This document shows positions 8,445-18,681 of a stretch of 64,000 bases of DNA, piece by piece; position 1 is the first letter of the stretch, and each line of letters starts with the position of its first letter. A model generated the notes under the pieces. It saw nothing but the letters and a program-made list of their open reading frames with translations, did not search any database and had not been told where the DNA came from. The stretch is taken from positions 1 through 64,000 of IMG/VR virus record IMGVR_UViG_3300028048_000080. One strand, written 5' to 3'. The DNA comes from a virus. Taxonomy: Duplodnaviria > Caudoviricetes. The position numbers and the translations under genes were made by a program.

Positions 8445-11400
8445 TTATCTCCATTCTAAGATAATATCTTTCGCGGGCGGCAAATACTCTTCGCCGTTAT
8501 GCGTATTCTTATATGCGAGCATTTCTTCCGGGTGTTCCTGCAAATAATTAAGCATGGGGTCGGAAGTAAGTCTTTCGATAACATCGGCGTCGATGATTTC
8601 GAGAGTAGGATGCATTACATCGATGACTTTTCTGTATCCTTGGTCTTTCTTGAGTCCGAAGAACGAACCATCCACGTAGATCTTGATCTCGTCGGTAGTT
8701 TCTAAGAGCGAAGCCGTTAAGTCGTACTGGTCGAGAACGATCTTAAAGTTATCTTTAGTGCGCTTTAACTTAAAGTGAGCTTCTTTCCATCCATAATCAT
8801 CGCGAACTTCAATCATGATACGATCACTATGTTTATGCTGCAGACGTACGATATTGCCTTCGTCGTTCAGGCAGTATTCGGCGTATTCAAGATGCTTGGA
8901 GCCATCTTCAGCCGTGACCGTCTCGGCGCGGAAATTCTTACCGTTACCTAAGATAGGTGTGTTCTGATCTAAGAACATGATAGTCTTATTATTTAACAGC
9001 GTATAAGAGTCCTGAGATTGACGAACGCCGTTAACATAGACTACGGTGCGGCCAGGGTAAAAGCTTTCGCCTTCACCTAAGGTATAAGCATTTTCGGCCC
9101 CTTGTACAGCATTGGTTGCATCCATGAAGAACTGCTTGCCTACATTATCTTTACCTGTTTCGGGCGGATGGACTACGTAAGTAACTAATCCGCATATAGG
9201 AACATCGAATTTAATGAACGTACCATTTTCCGTAGTCTCGATAGTGTAAGCCGCGTTGATATAACTCTTGTCTACCGCAGCGTCTCGATACTTAGGGTCA
9301 AGCGCTAATAAAGCTATAGCTTCGGCGCGAGTCAGAAAATCTGTGCCGCTGGTGAGCCGCCAAATATCTTTTTCGAAATAATGGCGTCCATTGGGGGCGA
9401 TTTCCGGCGCGTCACCATCCCATACTTCAGAGGGAATACCTTCAGCCAAGAGATCGTTCTTGTGGCCGTATTGACGTATACCGTTTAAATAAACTTCGTA
9501 ACATTCAAAGGGGTAAATGCTCTTTTGGGCGATAGGAATCATCTGTGGGTAAACGATAGCGCGCACCGTACCAAGCTGTGGTTGCGAATATTTTATCTTG
9601 GTGCGATAGCCAGTCCCGTAAGGAACTCGTTCTACCGACTGATAGGGCACTAATTCATTATTGATTAACGTAACAATTTTTTGTCCCGCATAATCGCCAG
9701 ATAAAATAATTTCGTTCGATGGCGTTTTGGTGGTGCTATTGCCGATATAAGTAGGAACGATTGGCGTGTGATAGTTCTCGATGGTAATCGTATTGGAATA
9801 ATCGTTGGCGCAATTAAAAGCATAAACCTGCAGTCGGTCATGCGGCCCTACGGGGATGTGGTACTGAATAGCTCTCGTGGAATTCTTGTAAGCATCAGCG
9901 AAAGTCATTACTTCGTCGTAAAGCTTGGTGCTAGGAGGCGACCACTCGCCCTTAGTGGCGTTATATACACGAGCCATTTTGGCTTCCGGGAAAAGTCTTA
10001 CCTCATTGTGTAGGCCGGAAGAAAGAGTCATCGCCGTCGTTATCAATTGGCGATCTTCACATAAAAGATGGCCATTGAGATAAACCAATGAATCGGTCAA
10101 ACGATCTACGTTAACAGCGGGAAGCATTTTGTCTTGGTCAGCAAAATAATCGTACTTATCTTTAAGTAGGATATAATCCTGGCCAGGCTTTAAACCCGGG
10201 GCAAAAATTTTCTTTTTGGTTGTGTCGAGCCAAATATCTTTACGGTTTACCAAGAGACCATCGACGAATAGTACGATATGTCCCGCTGATAAATTGCCTT
10301 GATCGTCCTGAATCAACTGGATGTCATTACTGGTGTAAGGAATGTATACCTCGCCATTTTCATCCGGCGCCGGGACGTATCCTTCGGATTCAAACATGTC
10401 GTAGTCATGATGAATATCAGATTTACCGTTGCCATCACTTGCTCGGTCACATAATTCGACTACCGTCCAGCACATGTTCATCTTACCGTTGGCCACTTCA
10501 AAACGGCCAAGTTTTCTGTCGGCCACGGCGGTAGGTACTTCCATCAAGTCGCGGTTGTAAGCAATGACGTCGCCTATGGAAGTATTCATCGCTTCGCCAT
10601 TCATAAAAATAAGCGGGCGGCGATAATCTTGCACGGTTTCAATAACGGCGTGGTTCTTAAGGTCTACCTGACGAACGAAACCGAATTCGCGGCGAATAGT
10701 ATGCATTGCTTCTACTTCGCGGCCATTAACGTTTTCATTCATTAAGATAGTCTTGGTAAGGCTATCGGCAACAAAAGCGTCGTTACCAATTTCATAACCA
10801 TCGATGAATAAAGAACTCGGCCCCATGAAGTTCTGAACGTAAAAAGCGCTATTGGTTTTGCGACTGTCTACGTAAGTCATTTTGCCGGTGGCTTTCATCC
10901 AAGCGAACTCGTAAGTAATGGCCAGTACGTAGTCATAGTTTTGACATTGATCGTACGACAAGATAATACCCTTATCGTTGTTATCGGTGAAGTAGCCGCC
11001 ATCATCCTGTTCACGTTCAGGAAGGAGGAAGTCGCCTAAAACATTATTAGCCTGAAACCCGTAGAACTCCGTATAGAAAGTCGGCTGCGGAATACGCGGG
11101 TTCACACGGTCTACTTTAAACAATCGTTTGGTAATCTTAGTCAGTTTACCAGGATTAATATGGACACAGGATACCGTACGGTCTTTAACGTAGTCCTTAT
11201 AAAATTGAATAGCATAAGGATTGACTATCTCGTAGCTGTCGTCTAAGTGATGGTCGGTGAATACGCGGTCTACGTTGATGTTGGGGACGATATACTGCGC
11301 TTTGCCGAGCATAGGTGGAGAAGGAAGATCGATTTCTTTATAGTTAACGGTGTCGCCGACTTTCCATTTGCTACCGTCACCGTTAAATTCAGAACCCGTC

Positions 11401-11912
11401 TCCGCGTCGATTTTATTTAAGAGATACTGGCGGCGAGCTTCTTTAAAAGCCGCGATATCATCATCCTGCACTACCGTATGCCCATTGGAGTGAAGAGGGC
11501 ATACCAGCAAGAAATCTTCGAAGAGAGATAAATCAAATTCGCCGGCATCCTGAGCCAAAGCTTTTACGGGTTTCCAAGCATTGCCATCCCAGTAGCATAG
11601 CACGCCGTTATATATCCATAGCTGGCCTTTTACCGGATTGGCGTCAGGCAAGATATTGGTGATGCCGTCAATGATTTGGAACTTTTCCTTGAATACCGGG
11701 CGCCATTCATCGCTGTCGCGGTAGTATGACTCCAGCTGATTCTTTTCCTGATTCATGAAGAGAGAACCGGAGAGTTTACCTTTAGGTTTCTTATTTTCCC
11801 CGGGCTTCTCGGCAACGTGGCGAACCGACTCAATTATCTGATGCAGCTCGTCGTCATATAGTAAATCACTCTGTCTGCCAGAGTTGAAACTTCTAGGATA
11901 TGGTACTGCCAA
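8445..11912 (-). CDS. large baseplate/tail-associated structural protein with repeated (V/L)(Y/F)x(N/D)G modules (about 1155 aa; probable TTG start)
   Basis: Repeats such as LFIDGY, IFMNGE, LFVDGL, VYLNGH, VYLNGIRQ, VYVNGVRQ, IYVDGS; SD AGGCAGGTG. Confidence 0.65.
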   Translation of the reverse strand: MAVPYPRSFNSGRQSDLLYDDELHQIIESVRHVAEKPGENKKPKGKLSGSLFMNQEKNQLESYYRDSDEWRPVFKEKFQIIDGITNILPDANPVKGQLWIYNGVLCYWDGNAWKPVKALAQDAGEFDLSLFEDFLLVCPLHSNGHTVVQDDDIAAFKEARRQYLLNKIDAETGSEFNGDGSKWKVGDTVNYKEIDLPSPPMLGKAQYIVPNINVDRVFTDHHLDDSYEIVNPYAIQFYKDYVKDRTVSCVHINPGKLTKITKRLFKVDRVNPRIPQPTFYTEFYGFQANNVLGDFLLPEREQDDGGYFTDNNDKGIILSYDQCQNYDYVLAITYEFAWMKATGKMTYVDSRKTNSAFYVQNFMGPSSLFIDGYEIGNDAFVADSLTKTILMNENVNGREVEAMHTIRREFGFVRQVDLKNHAVIETVQDYRRPLIFMNGEAMNTSIGDVIAYNRDLMEVPTAVADRKLGRFEVANGKMNMCWTVVELCDRASDGNGKSDIHHDYDMFESEGYVPAPDENGEVYIPYTSNDIQLIQDDQGNLSAGHIVLFVDGLLVNRKDIWLDTTKKKIFAPGLKPGQDYILLKDKYDYFADQDKMLPAVNVDRLTDSLVYLNGHLLCEDRQLITTAMTLSSGLHNEVRLFPEAKMARVYNATKGEWSPPSTKLYDEVMTFADAYKNSTRAIQYHIPVGPHDRLQVYAFNCANDYSNTITIENYHTPIVPTYIGNSTTKTPSNEIILSGDYAGQKIVTLINNELVPYQSVERVPYGTGYRTKIKYSQPQLGTVRAIVYPQMIPIAQKSIYPFECYEVYLNGIRQYGHKNDLLAEGIPSEVWDGDAPEIAPNGRHYFEKDIWRLTSGTDFLTRAEAIALLALDPKYRDAAVDKSYINAAYTIETTENGTFIKFDVPICGLVTYVVHPPETGKDNVGKQFFMDATNAVQGAENAYTLGEGESFYPGRTVVYVNGVRQSQDSYTLLNNKTIMFLDQNTPILGNGKNFRAETVTAEDGSKHLEYAEYCLNDEGNIVRLQHKHSDRIMIEVRDDYGWKEAHFKLKRTKDNFKIVLDQYDLTASLLETTDEIKIYVDGSFFGLKKDQGYRKVIDVMHPTLEIIDADVIERLTSDPMLNYLQEHPEEMLAYKNTHNGEEYLPPAKDIILEWR

Positions 11913-11948
11913 GTTTTGCACCTGCCTTTTGTATATTTCTAAATATCT

Positions 11949-11954
11949 ATTACC
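11949..11954 (-). promoter_or_regulatory. putative late promoter core GGTAAT
   Basis: GGTAATAGATATTTAG between a terminator and the 8445..11912 start. Confidence 0.6.
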
Positions 11955-11967
11955 TTCTGCAGATAGT

Positions 11968-11993
11968 AAATGCCGCCAAACAAGGGCGGCATT
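11968..11993 (-). terminator. probable intrinsic terminator
   Basis: AATGCCGCC-N7-GGCGGCATTT downstream of the tail-fibre cassette; U-tract is short. Confidence 0.65.
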
Positions 11994-12045
11994 ATGATTC
12001 GAAATATTAATAAAAAAGCAGAACTATTTGCCACAACGCGCAAGC

Positions 12046-12945
12046 TTATGATTTGATATAAACATACTCTTTGCCGTTTCTCGTAAAATGCATGTCTGTT
12101 TTTTCACTAAGAGCATAACCAACTGAAACTTTTCCGGAAGCGATGCTGGTTACGAGCCTGCCTGCATGCTCACCGCCAAAATCTTTCCATGCATGAAAAC
12201 CCGCCATTATGGTTAGGTATTTTTCCTCTTTCTTGGTAAACTTGATATTTATATTAACGGTATTCGTCCCTCGGTCTCCGTTATAACATACTATAGGCAT
12301 GTTTACTTCTTTTAAATTGGGATTTTCGTAGTGCTTCTGCCAATCGCTGGAATACGTCTGCCCCCTCTGGCTGCAGGCGCCAGAAACGATATCCTCAAAA
12401 AATTCGGCATAATCATCATAATCTCCCTCTCGAAAATAATGATAACTGTGGTCACCGCCCGTACCCCAATCCTCGTACCACTTAACCCAACCGCGTTGGT
12501 AATTATTATAATTCGAATCGCCGGCAAGAACTACCAATCTTGTGCTAGGACCATCATGTGGTGCTGAGCGGCGCCCACTTCCTTGGTCGTGCATAATTAC
12601 ATCAATTTTCCCTTTTACGGCTATAGTGCTTCCTTTGGTGTATTTAGATAAGTCTAGCCAGCCAAGAGCTTTTACCCCTACCCATTGTCCGTGACTACTT
12701 GCGGTATTTTCATAGTGGGAAATTGTATTTATCGTATCCGTTGCGGACGAAGATTGTTCTGCATTGGCGAGATCGGCAGCTCTGGCATAATATTCTTTAC
12801 CACTTACTGAACAGGAGAGAAAGCTAGACGTAACATTCGGAATATCGTAGATATCTCCATTTGATAATGCATCTGCCAGTTCTGTTTGGGTGTACCCTCT
12901 CGCAGAGTCTTGCTTATTGCTTTTTGTGTAATTTAAGTTAGTCAT
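12046..12945 (-). CDS. putative receptor-binding / fibre-tip associated protein, 299 aa
   Basis: Last gene of the fibre cassette; rich in aromatic residues and Gly. Function inferred from position only. Confidence 0.5.
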   Translation of the reverse strand: MTNLNYTKSNKQDSARGYTQTELADALSNGDIYDIPNVTSSFLSCSVSGKEYYARAADLANAEQSSSATDTINTISHYENTASSHGQWVGVKALGWLDLSKYTKGSTIAVKGKIDVIMHDQGSGRRSAPHDGPSTRLVVLAGDSNYNNYQRGWVKWYEDWGTGGDHSYHYFREGDYDDYAEFFEDIVSGACSQRGQTYSSDWQKHYENPNLKEVNMPIVCYNGDRGTNTVNINIKFTKKEEKYLTIMAGFHAWKDFGGEHAGRLVTSIASGKVSVGYALSEKTDMHFTRNGKEYVYIKS

Positions 12946-12950
12946 GTCTT

Positions 12951-14273
12951 TTATCCTATCCAGAACTTTTCACCATTCGGGAAACACAAACGTCCTTTTT
13001 CATCAAAGAGCTCGTTTTTGGGGCCATTTTTTATCCATTTTTCTAATATGGCTATCCTATCTGACAACTTTTTTATTTCGCCACTTACGTCTGTTTTTGT
13101 TGCGTATGTGTCAACAATATTGCGATTGTTTCCGTCATTAGTAGCTTTAGTTGCGCTATCAGCCTTGGTTGCGGTGTCTGCTTTAGCAGCATGACCAGCT
13201 TCCGTGGCACTGTCAGCCGAGTCCGCTTTTGTAGCACTTCCAGCTTTAGTCGCGCTATCTGCTGTTCCAGCTTTGGTAGCATAATTGGCTTCATTGGCTT
13301 TTGTGGCGCTATCAGCCGAACCGGCATGGTCAGCTTCTTTAGCACTATCAGCAGAGCCTGCTGTAGTTGCCGAGTCAGCTTTATCTGCCGTAGAAGCATG
13401 GGTAGCTTCGGAAGCTGTGGTGGCCGAACCTGCCGTTGTTGCCGAGTCAGCCGACGTTGCATGTCCGGCCTTTTCTATCCATGTTTTATTTTCAAGAGAA
13501 CTGACGCGGCTCGTAAGTTTTGCCGCGTCCCCCTCAATGGTAGCACATCTTGATTCCAGTGTAGTTGCGCGCCCTTCTAATTTGGTGGCGCGAGTTTTCA
13601 GGTCAGTAGCCCCGCTTTCCAACTTTGTTGCACGGGTTTTTAACCCCGATACGTCACCTTCTAGTGTATCTGCGCGTCCTTCCAGTGTAGTTGCGCGTCC
13701 TTCCAGTGTAGTTGCGCGTCCTTCTAATTTGGTGGCGCGAGTTTCTAAATTTGTCTTAGAAGTTTTTAAGTTAGACACGTCGTTTTCAAGTGTGCCGCAA
13801 CGCCCCTCCACTTTGGAAGTTCTTGTTTCAAGATTGTCTGCCCGGCCTTCCAAGGAGGAAGCTCTAGTTTCTACATTGGTAGCTCGCGATTCTAAGGAGT
13901 CCGCTCTACCTTCTAAAACACTAGCTCTCCCCTCAACCTTGGTAGCTCTGCTTTTTAATTTATCAATTTCCGTGTCGTGACCATTGAGTCTCTGAACGTT
14001 ATTATTAATTACTTTTTCATCGGCAGTGAGGTCTTTGCGAAGATTGTCTGTATCTGTCCTGAGCTTGTTAATGTGCGGCATATATCTTGTGTCATGCCAG
14101 TGAGTTTCTACTTCACCAACAAGATCCAGATTTTTGCGGGCCTCAGCTCTATCAGTCAAATCAGCTAAGTTTTTATCTCGTCTTAATCGATTGCGGATAG
14201 CATTGTCATAGATGCCCTCCCAGACGGGAGTGCCATTTGCCAGCCGTTCTTTAAACCATTTTAATAGTGCCAT
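12951..14273 (-). CDS. tail fibre protein (heptad coiled coil plus Ala-rich repeats), 440 aa
   Basis: N-terminal KNLADLTDRAEARKNLDL fibre motif; many RATxLEG-type heptads; ATKADSA-type repeats. Confidence 0.8.
   Translation of the reverse strand: MALLKWFKERLANGTPVWEGIYDNAIRNRLRRDKNLADLTDRAEARKNLDLVGEVETHWHDTRYMPHINKLRTDTDNLRKDLTADEKVINNNVQRLNGHDTEIDKLKSRATKVEGRASVLEGRADSLESRATNVETRASSLEGRADNLETRTSKVEGRCGTLENDVSNLKTSKTNLETRATKLEGRATTLEGRATTLEGRADTLEGDVSGLKTRATKLESGATDLKTRATKLEGRATTLESRCATIEGDAAKLTSRVSSLENKTWIEKAGHATSADSATTAGSATTASEATHASTADKADSATTAGSADSAKEADHAGSADSATKANEANYATKAGTADSATKAGSATKADSADSATEAGHAAKADTATKADSATKATNDGNNRNIVDTYATKTDVSGEIKKLSDRIAILEKWIKNGPKNELFDEKGRLCFPNGEKFWIG
13135..13960 (-). 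repeat. coding repeats: 7-aa heptads (21-bp units, near-perfect at 13671..13725) and Ala-rich xAxxA repeats
   Basis: TGCGCGTCCTTCCAGTGTAGT repeated in tandem; protein RATTLEG x n followed by ATKADSA-like units. Confidence 0.9.
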
Positions 14274-14277
14274 TTGA

Positions 14278-16239
14278 TTATCCCTCTATAACTACAATGC
14301 TTAAATTTTCATCGGATTCATTTCGAAGTGTATAAGAACCAGCGTCGTATAAGACACTAACTACTCCATCGGCCGGGGTATATTTGCCGCCAGACTCTTT
14401 AGCTAACACCCGAACTGGAACCGACATAGCATTCATACAAGCAAATGAAATGCTTGCACCTGCATTTAACGTAGCAGTTTTTCTCTGCTCTTTCACGTTA
14501 AAGCGGAGAACTTGTCCACCACTTAATACGTAAGCAACTATAACGTTAGAAGTCTGGTCAACTATAAAAGTGTTCCAGTAACTAAAATTATTTTCAAAGA
14601 AACTAGCATTTACGGTAAAGCTTCCATTCTTTTTTTCATACACTTTGCCGGTGCTACGAACAAAAAGCGTAGAAACTGAGGCGTTGTTAACCAAAGCATT
14701 TTTATCTGCTTCGTCTGCTACAGAATACATCTGAATAAAAACTTTTTTTCCACTAACAGAGCCATTCGCAGAATTAACCGTAAGATAGTCTCCGGGCTGT
14801 ACACTTGGAAACAAGTTCATTCTGGATGATAGCTCGTTAGCAACATCAACGGCTGAATTACCTCGATTTATTTTATTTAAAAGTGCCGAGTTTAAATCTG
14901 CTTCGTTAATCAGAACATCTTTGCTACGCTTAGCATCCAACGCGTTATTGGTTGATGTCTCGAAAGAATTAAAGCGATTGATTAACGGTGTGATTTTGTC
15001 CAGCTCTTGGACTACGGCTGAATCCAAATCGTTTTTCTTAATCGCTACGTTCTTGTCTCTTTTGCCATTGAGAAGCGTTGTCGTATCCGATTTCACCGTA
15101 TCGATTTTGCTGGATAAACTATCAATACGATTAAACTCTTGAATCACTTCTGGGTCTAAGTCACTCTTTTTAATGGCTACGCCCTTATCTCGCTTGTTGG
15201 CAAGTGCGGATTCCATATTTGTTTTGTAGGTATTAACCTGCAAAGCTACAGAGTCTATTTTATCCAACGCGTCATTAACGGGTTTACTCAAATCGTTACG
15301 GCCAATAAGTGCGCTCTTATCGCGCTTTGCATTTAACTTATTATCAATGGACGTGGACAGATTATTTATGGTGCTATCAATTTCTCTTATATGGGCGAGC
15401 TGCTCATTAATGCTATCGTTCAAGTCAGTTTCTGCGATAGGAACATCCTTATCTCGCTTTTTAGCGAGCAGTAGTTGCATTTCCGAGGGCAAAGAACTAA
15501 CCGTTTCGTTTACCGTCGCCAAGGTATTCAGCTTACTAAGAACGCCAGAATCAAGGTCGGATTCACCGATCAAGACATCTTTATCACGCTTTTTATTTAA
15601 GCCTTTGTTTACTGTGTTAGTTAGCGTTTCTGTCTTCGTTAATGCCGTTACACCTTTGTTTATTTTGTCGGCAACGGCGGCATCCAAATCGGATTCTTTA
15701 ATCGAAACATCTTTGTCTCTTTTGTTAGCTAAGGTGTTTTCGACAGTAGAGAACCTGTTTAAGAATGTATTATTCAGAACCTTAATTTTATTGATTTCAT
15801 TTTGTGCAGAATTGATTGAAGCTGATAAGGAAGTAAGTGTGTGATTGATTCCTTCAACGTTTAATGCATCGATAATATCGCGAATTTCTTTAATGCTGTT
15901 TTGCAGGGCTTTTATTTCAGCCTCATAATCTTTTCCGGGTTTAATCGCGCCGACCTTATCCTCCAGACTGCTAATCCGCTGAAGTAGAGCTGGGTCTAAA
16001 TCCTTGGCTGCGACAACCAGAGCTTGAGCCAAGTGAGCCTCTAATTTAGATTTCACTTCATTAATTCTGGAATAGATACCATTACGATAAGCAGCGTCAA
16101 TATCTTGCTCTTTAATTACTTCGGTTTTCTTTCTGTACTGAGAAAGTAAAAGATTTATTTGTCCGTCCGTGGTTTCCCCGCCGGCGATAAGCGCTCTAAG
16201 CGAGGGATCTAAGTCACGAAGGCGTATTTTCTGTGGCAT
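14278..16239 (-). CDS. fibre-like protein with seven ~44-aa KRDK repeats, 653 aa
   Basis: KR(D/S)KxxxIxxxDL repeated 7 times, separated by coiled-coil-like segments; beta-rich C-terminus. Confidence 0.7.
   Translation of the reverse strand: MPQKIRLRDLDPSLRALIAGGETTDGQINLLLSQYRKKTEVIKEQDIDAAYRNGIYSRINEVKSKLEAHLAQALVVAAKDLDPALLQRISSLEDKVGAIKPGKDYEAEIKALQNSIKEIRDIIDALNVEGINHTLTSLSASINSAQNEINKIKVLNNTFLNRFSTVENTLANKRDKDVSIKESDLDAAVADKINKGVTALTKTETLTNTVNKGLNKKRDKDVLIGESDLDSGVLSKLNTLATVNETVSSLPSEMQLLLAKKRDKDVPIAETDLNDSINEQLAHIREIDSTINNLSTSIDNKLNAKRDKSALIGRNDLSKPVNDALDKIDSVALQVNTYKTNMESALANKRDKGVAIKKSDLDPEVIQEFNRIDSLSSKIDTVKSDTTTLLNGKRDKNVAIKKNDLDSAVVQELDKITPLINRFNSFETSTNNALDAKRSKDVLINEADLNSALLNKINRGNSAVDVANELSSRMNLFPSVQPGDYLTVNSANGSVSGKKVFIQMYSVADEADKNALVNNASVSTLFVRSTGKVYEKKNGSFTVNASFFENNFSYWNTFIVDQTSNVIVAYVLSGGQVLRFNVKEQRKTATLNAGASISFACMNAMSVPVRVLAKESGGKYTPADGVVSVLYDAGSYTLRNESDENLSIVVIEG
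14880..15730 (-). repeat. seven degenerate ~132-bp coding repeats
   Basis: NKRDKDVSIKESDLD / KKRDKDVLIGESDLD / KKRDKDVPIAETDLN / AKRDKSALIGRNDLS / NKRDKGVAIKKSDLD / GKRDKNVAIKKNDLD / AKRSKDVLINEADLN. Confidence 0.9.
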
Positions 16240-16281
16240 AAATTATTACACCTTTCTTATTTTAATCTATGTTATGCAGCA

Positions 16282-18681
16282 TTAATGCCCTATAGCTAAC
16301 CAATAGTGCTTGCCAGCAGCTTCTGGACTATACCCCGTGCCACCGTCGTTATCATTCGATGCGCCATGGAACGTTGCGCCGGTTTTGCTCAAACTTTTGA
16401 TATGCATAATTCCAACGCCATTCCAGGTTAATTCTTCCGAGGCATATCTCGTCGTAATAAGCGAATCGCAAGAATTAGGAAATGGTTTTGGGAATGTTAA
16501 CGTACCACCCTCATGGTATCCCCATTGCATTAAGATTGGGCCAAATTGTGCCCATCCCGTTATTCCGGTTGCGACGTCAAAAATATTTTTCGTAGAAATG
16601 GGCATTTTGACTCCATCTACGTAAGGCGCAACAACGTTTTTACCGTTTTCCGTTTCATACTTAAGAGATATAGTTTTTGTCGTGGTTCCGTTCTTTACAA
16701 ACTCTTTTCCATCTAACCTACCTTTTTGCGTATTTAATTCGCTTTTTGTAGCATAGGTGTTTACGATATTATTTCCGTTTCCATCATTCGTGGCTCTTCC
16801 GGCATTATCGGCGTTAGTCGCTTTACCCGCGCTGTCTGCAGTACCAGCTTTAGTCGCATAACCGGCGTTATCTGCGCTAGTAGCTTTAGTAGCATTATCA
16901 GCTTTGCTTGCGGAAGCCGCGTGTTTGGCTTCTTCGGCGTTATCGGCATTTAATGCTCTAGTGGCCGTGTCAGCCGTTGTAGCCTTATTGGCCTTTGTAG
17001 CGGTGTCTGCCGTAGTTGCCTTGGCAGCACTATCAGCTGTAGTTGCTGTTGCGGCATGCTTTGCTTCTTTGGCGTTATCAGCATTTAAAGCATGTTTAGC
17101 TTCATTAGCATTTTCAGCATTTGCCGCTTTATCAGCATTGGTAGCATGCGTAGCGCTTTCTGCCGAAGTTGCTTTTGTCGCGCTATCTGCCTTGGAGGCT
17201 GTAGCCGCATGAGTAGCTTCTTTTGCATTATTGGCATTTTCGGCATTGGTTGCGTTATCTGCTTTGTCAGCCTTGTCAGCTCTGCCCGCTTTATCGGCGT
17301 ATGCGGCTTTTTCGGCATTCGCGGCCTTCGTGGCATTATCAGCTTTAGAAGCTGTTGCGGCATGATTGGCCTCAGAAGCATTGTCTGCATCAGTAGCTTT
17401 AGTGGCTAAATCAGCTTTCGAAGCCGTAGCGGCATGTTTTGCTTCATCTGCATTTTCTGCAGTCTTTGCCTTATTAGCGGAAACTGCATGATTAGCCTCT
17501 GCTGCATTATTGGCGCTATCGGCTTTGGTAGCAGAGGCAGCGTGTTTTGCTTCAGAAGCGTTGTCCGCATCCAAAGCTCTCGTAGCAAGGGCGGCATTGT
17601 CTGCATTAGTAGCCTTTGCTGCGCTTGTCGCACTGTCTGCATTGGTAGCGTGTCCCGCATTGGTAGCAAAGCCCGCATTCGTAGCTACATCGGCCGTATC
17701 AGCATGCCCAGCATTATCAACTTTAACTTTTTCAATGCCCAGGACATCCTTGGGAATATGAGTATGTCCTACATAAGATACTTTATCTTCGATGCCATAA
17801 CCAGCTAAAGACTTTGGACGGGTCTTAGGTCTAATGCGCGCCCAATCAATCATTCCGTCATCTTCGATATAGTCACCTAACGGATCGTCGTCAGCTAACG
17901 TACCATCTGTATCTAACCAGAAATCGCCCACTTCTGCGGCTGTTTTGTCCGGTTCGTTAGAATTAACGAATGTACGGGGATATGGGTTACCCAAACGAAA
18001 AGCATGAACATATTCAGCCGTGATTTCCATACCGTCTTCCAAAAGGTCTTCCGTAAGACAGAAACGAGTCTCACTGACTTCTTTTAAGCCGCCAGATTTA
18101 ACTGAGCGATGCAAAACGTCATCAATGGCCACTTTCAAATGATTACGGTACATAGCATAATCGCCCTGTTCCAAGTTGAATACATAACCTATCTTCTGGG
18201 TATTCCTATACTGATTTTCAGGAGCGTTATTGTCCAAGATTAAATATTTCTTACATTCAGTCCAAGTAGGGTATGTGCCATACTGGCCATATTCGCCGCA
18301 CATTCCTAAAGCATTTTTATACAGAATGATACCATGACGTACATGAGCTTCGTCTTTCTGAGAATCATAATAATAAGTAAATTCGCGCTTGGTGCCGGGA
18401 ACCTCCAACTGCTTGATTACAAACGTTTCGACGCTTACTTTTGTGTCCTTGACAACATTAAGCGTGCCATCGTTTTTGATGCCGCCCGGAACCCAGTCGG
18501 TTTCACCTTCTACTTTGACCGACCAAGCACCAGTTTGATTGTTTATTCGGATACTGCCTACGGGAATGTCATCCCATAATAGGTTATTCGCTTCTTTTTC
18601 AGTCAATACGAGGGCGCGGCCTTCTTGCGTAATAGTCTCGTTGACTTTGCGTACGCCGCGCGCCACTTTTTCTTTTGCCAT
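16282..18681 (-). CDS. tail fibre protein with long Ala-rich repeat shaft and typical fibre C-terminal domain, 799 aa
   Basis: PKSLAGYGIED and GHTH fibre motifs; about 300 aa of ADNA/ATKA repeats; C-terminal GWAQFGPILMQWG...TLTFPKPFPN...YWLAIGH is typical of phage tail-fibre C-termini. Confidence 0.85.
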   Translation of the reverse strand: MAKEKVARGVRKVNETITQEGRALVLTEKEANNLLWDDIPVGSIRINNQTGAWSVKVEGETDWVPGGIKNDGTLNVVKDTKVSVETFVIKQLEVPGTKREFTYYYDSQKDEAHVRHGIILYKNALGMCGEYGQYGTYPTWTECKKYLILDNNAPENQYRNTQKIGYVFNLEQGDYAMYRNHLKVAIDDVLHRSVKSGGLKEVSETRFCLTEDLLEDGMEITAEYVHAFRLGNPYPRTFVNSNEPDKTAAEVGDFWLDTDGTLADDDPLGDYIEDDGMIDWARIRPKTRPKSLAGYGIEDKVSYVGHTHIPKDVLGIEKVKVDNAGHADTADVATNAGFATNAGHATNADSATSAAKATNADNAALATRALDADNASEAKHAASATKADSANNAAEANHAVSANKAKTAENADEAKHAATASKADLATKATDADNASEANHAATASKADNATKAANAEKAAYADKAGRADKADKADNATNAENANNAKEATHAATASKADSATKATSAESATHATNADKAANAENANEAKHALNADNAKEAKHAATATTADSAAKATTADTATKANKATTADTATRALNADNAEEAKHAASASKADNATKATSADNAGYATKAGTADSAGKATNADNAGRATNDGNGNNIVNTYATKSELNTQKGRLDGKEFVKNGTTTKTISLKYETENGKNVVAPYVDGVKMPISTKNIFDVATGITGWAQFGPILMQWGYHEGGTLTFPKPFPNSCDSLITTRYASEELTWNGVGIMHIKSLSKTGATFHGASNDNDGGTGYSPEAAGKHYWLAIGH
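16790..17720 (-). repeat. low-complexity Ala-rich coding repeat (Ala at every third residue)
   Basis: ADNASEAKHAASATKADSA-type units, degenerate at DNA level. Confidence 0.9.

Noticed and set aside
13135-17720. Repetitive DNA as a possible CRISPR array
   Set aside because: The repeats are in-frame, degenerate at third codon positions and lack unique spacers; they are coding repeats.
12046-18681. Diversity-generating retroelement or invertible fibre switch
   Set aside because: No reverse transcriptase, recombinase, adenine-mismatched template/variable repeat pair or opposite-strand fibre fragment seen in this window.
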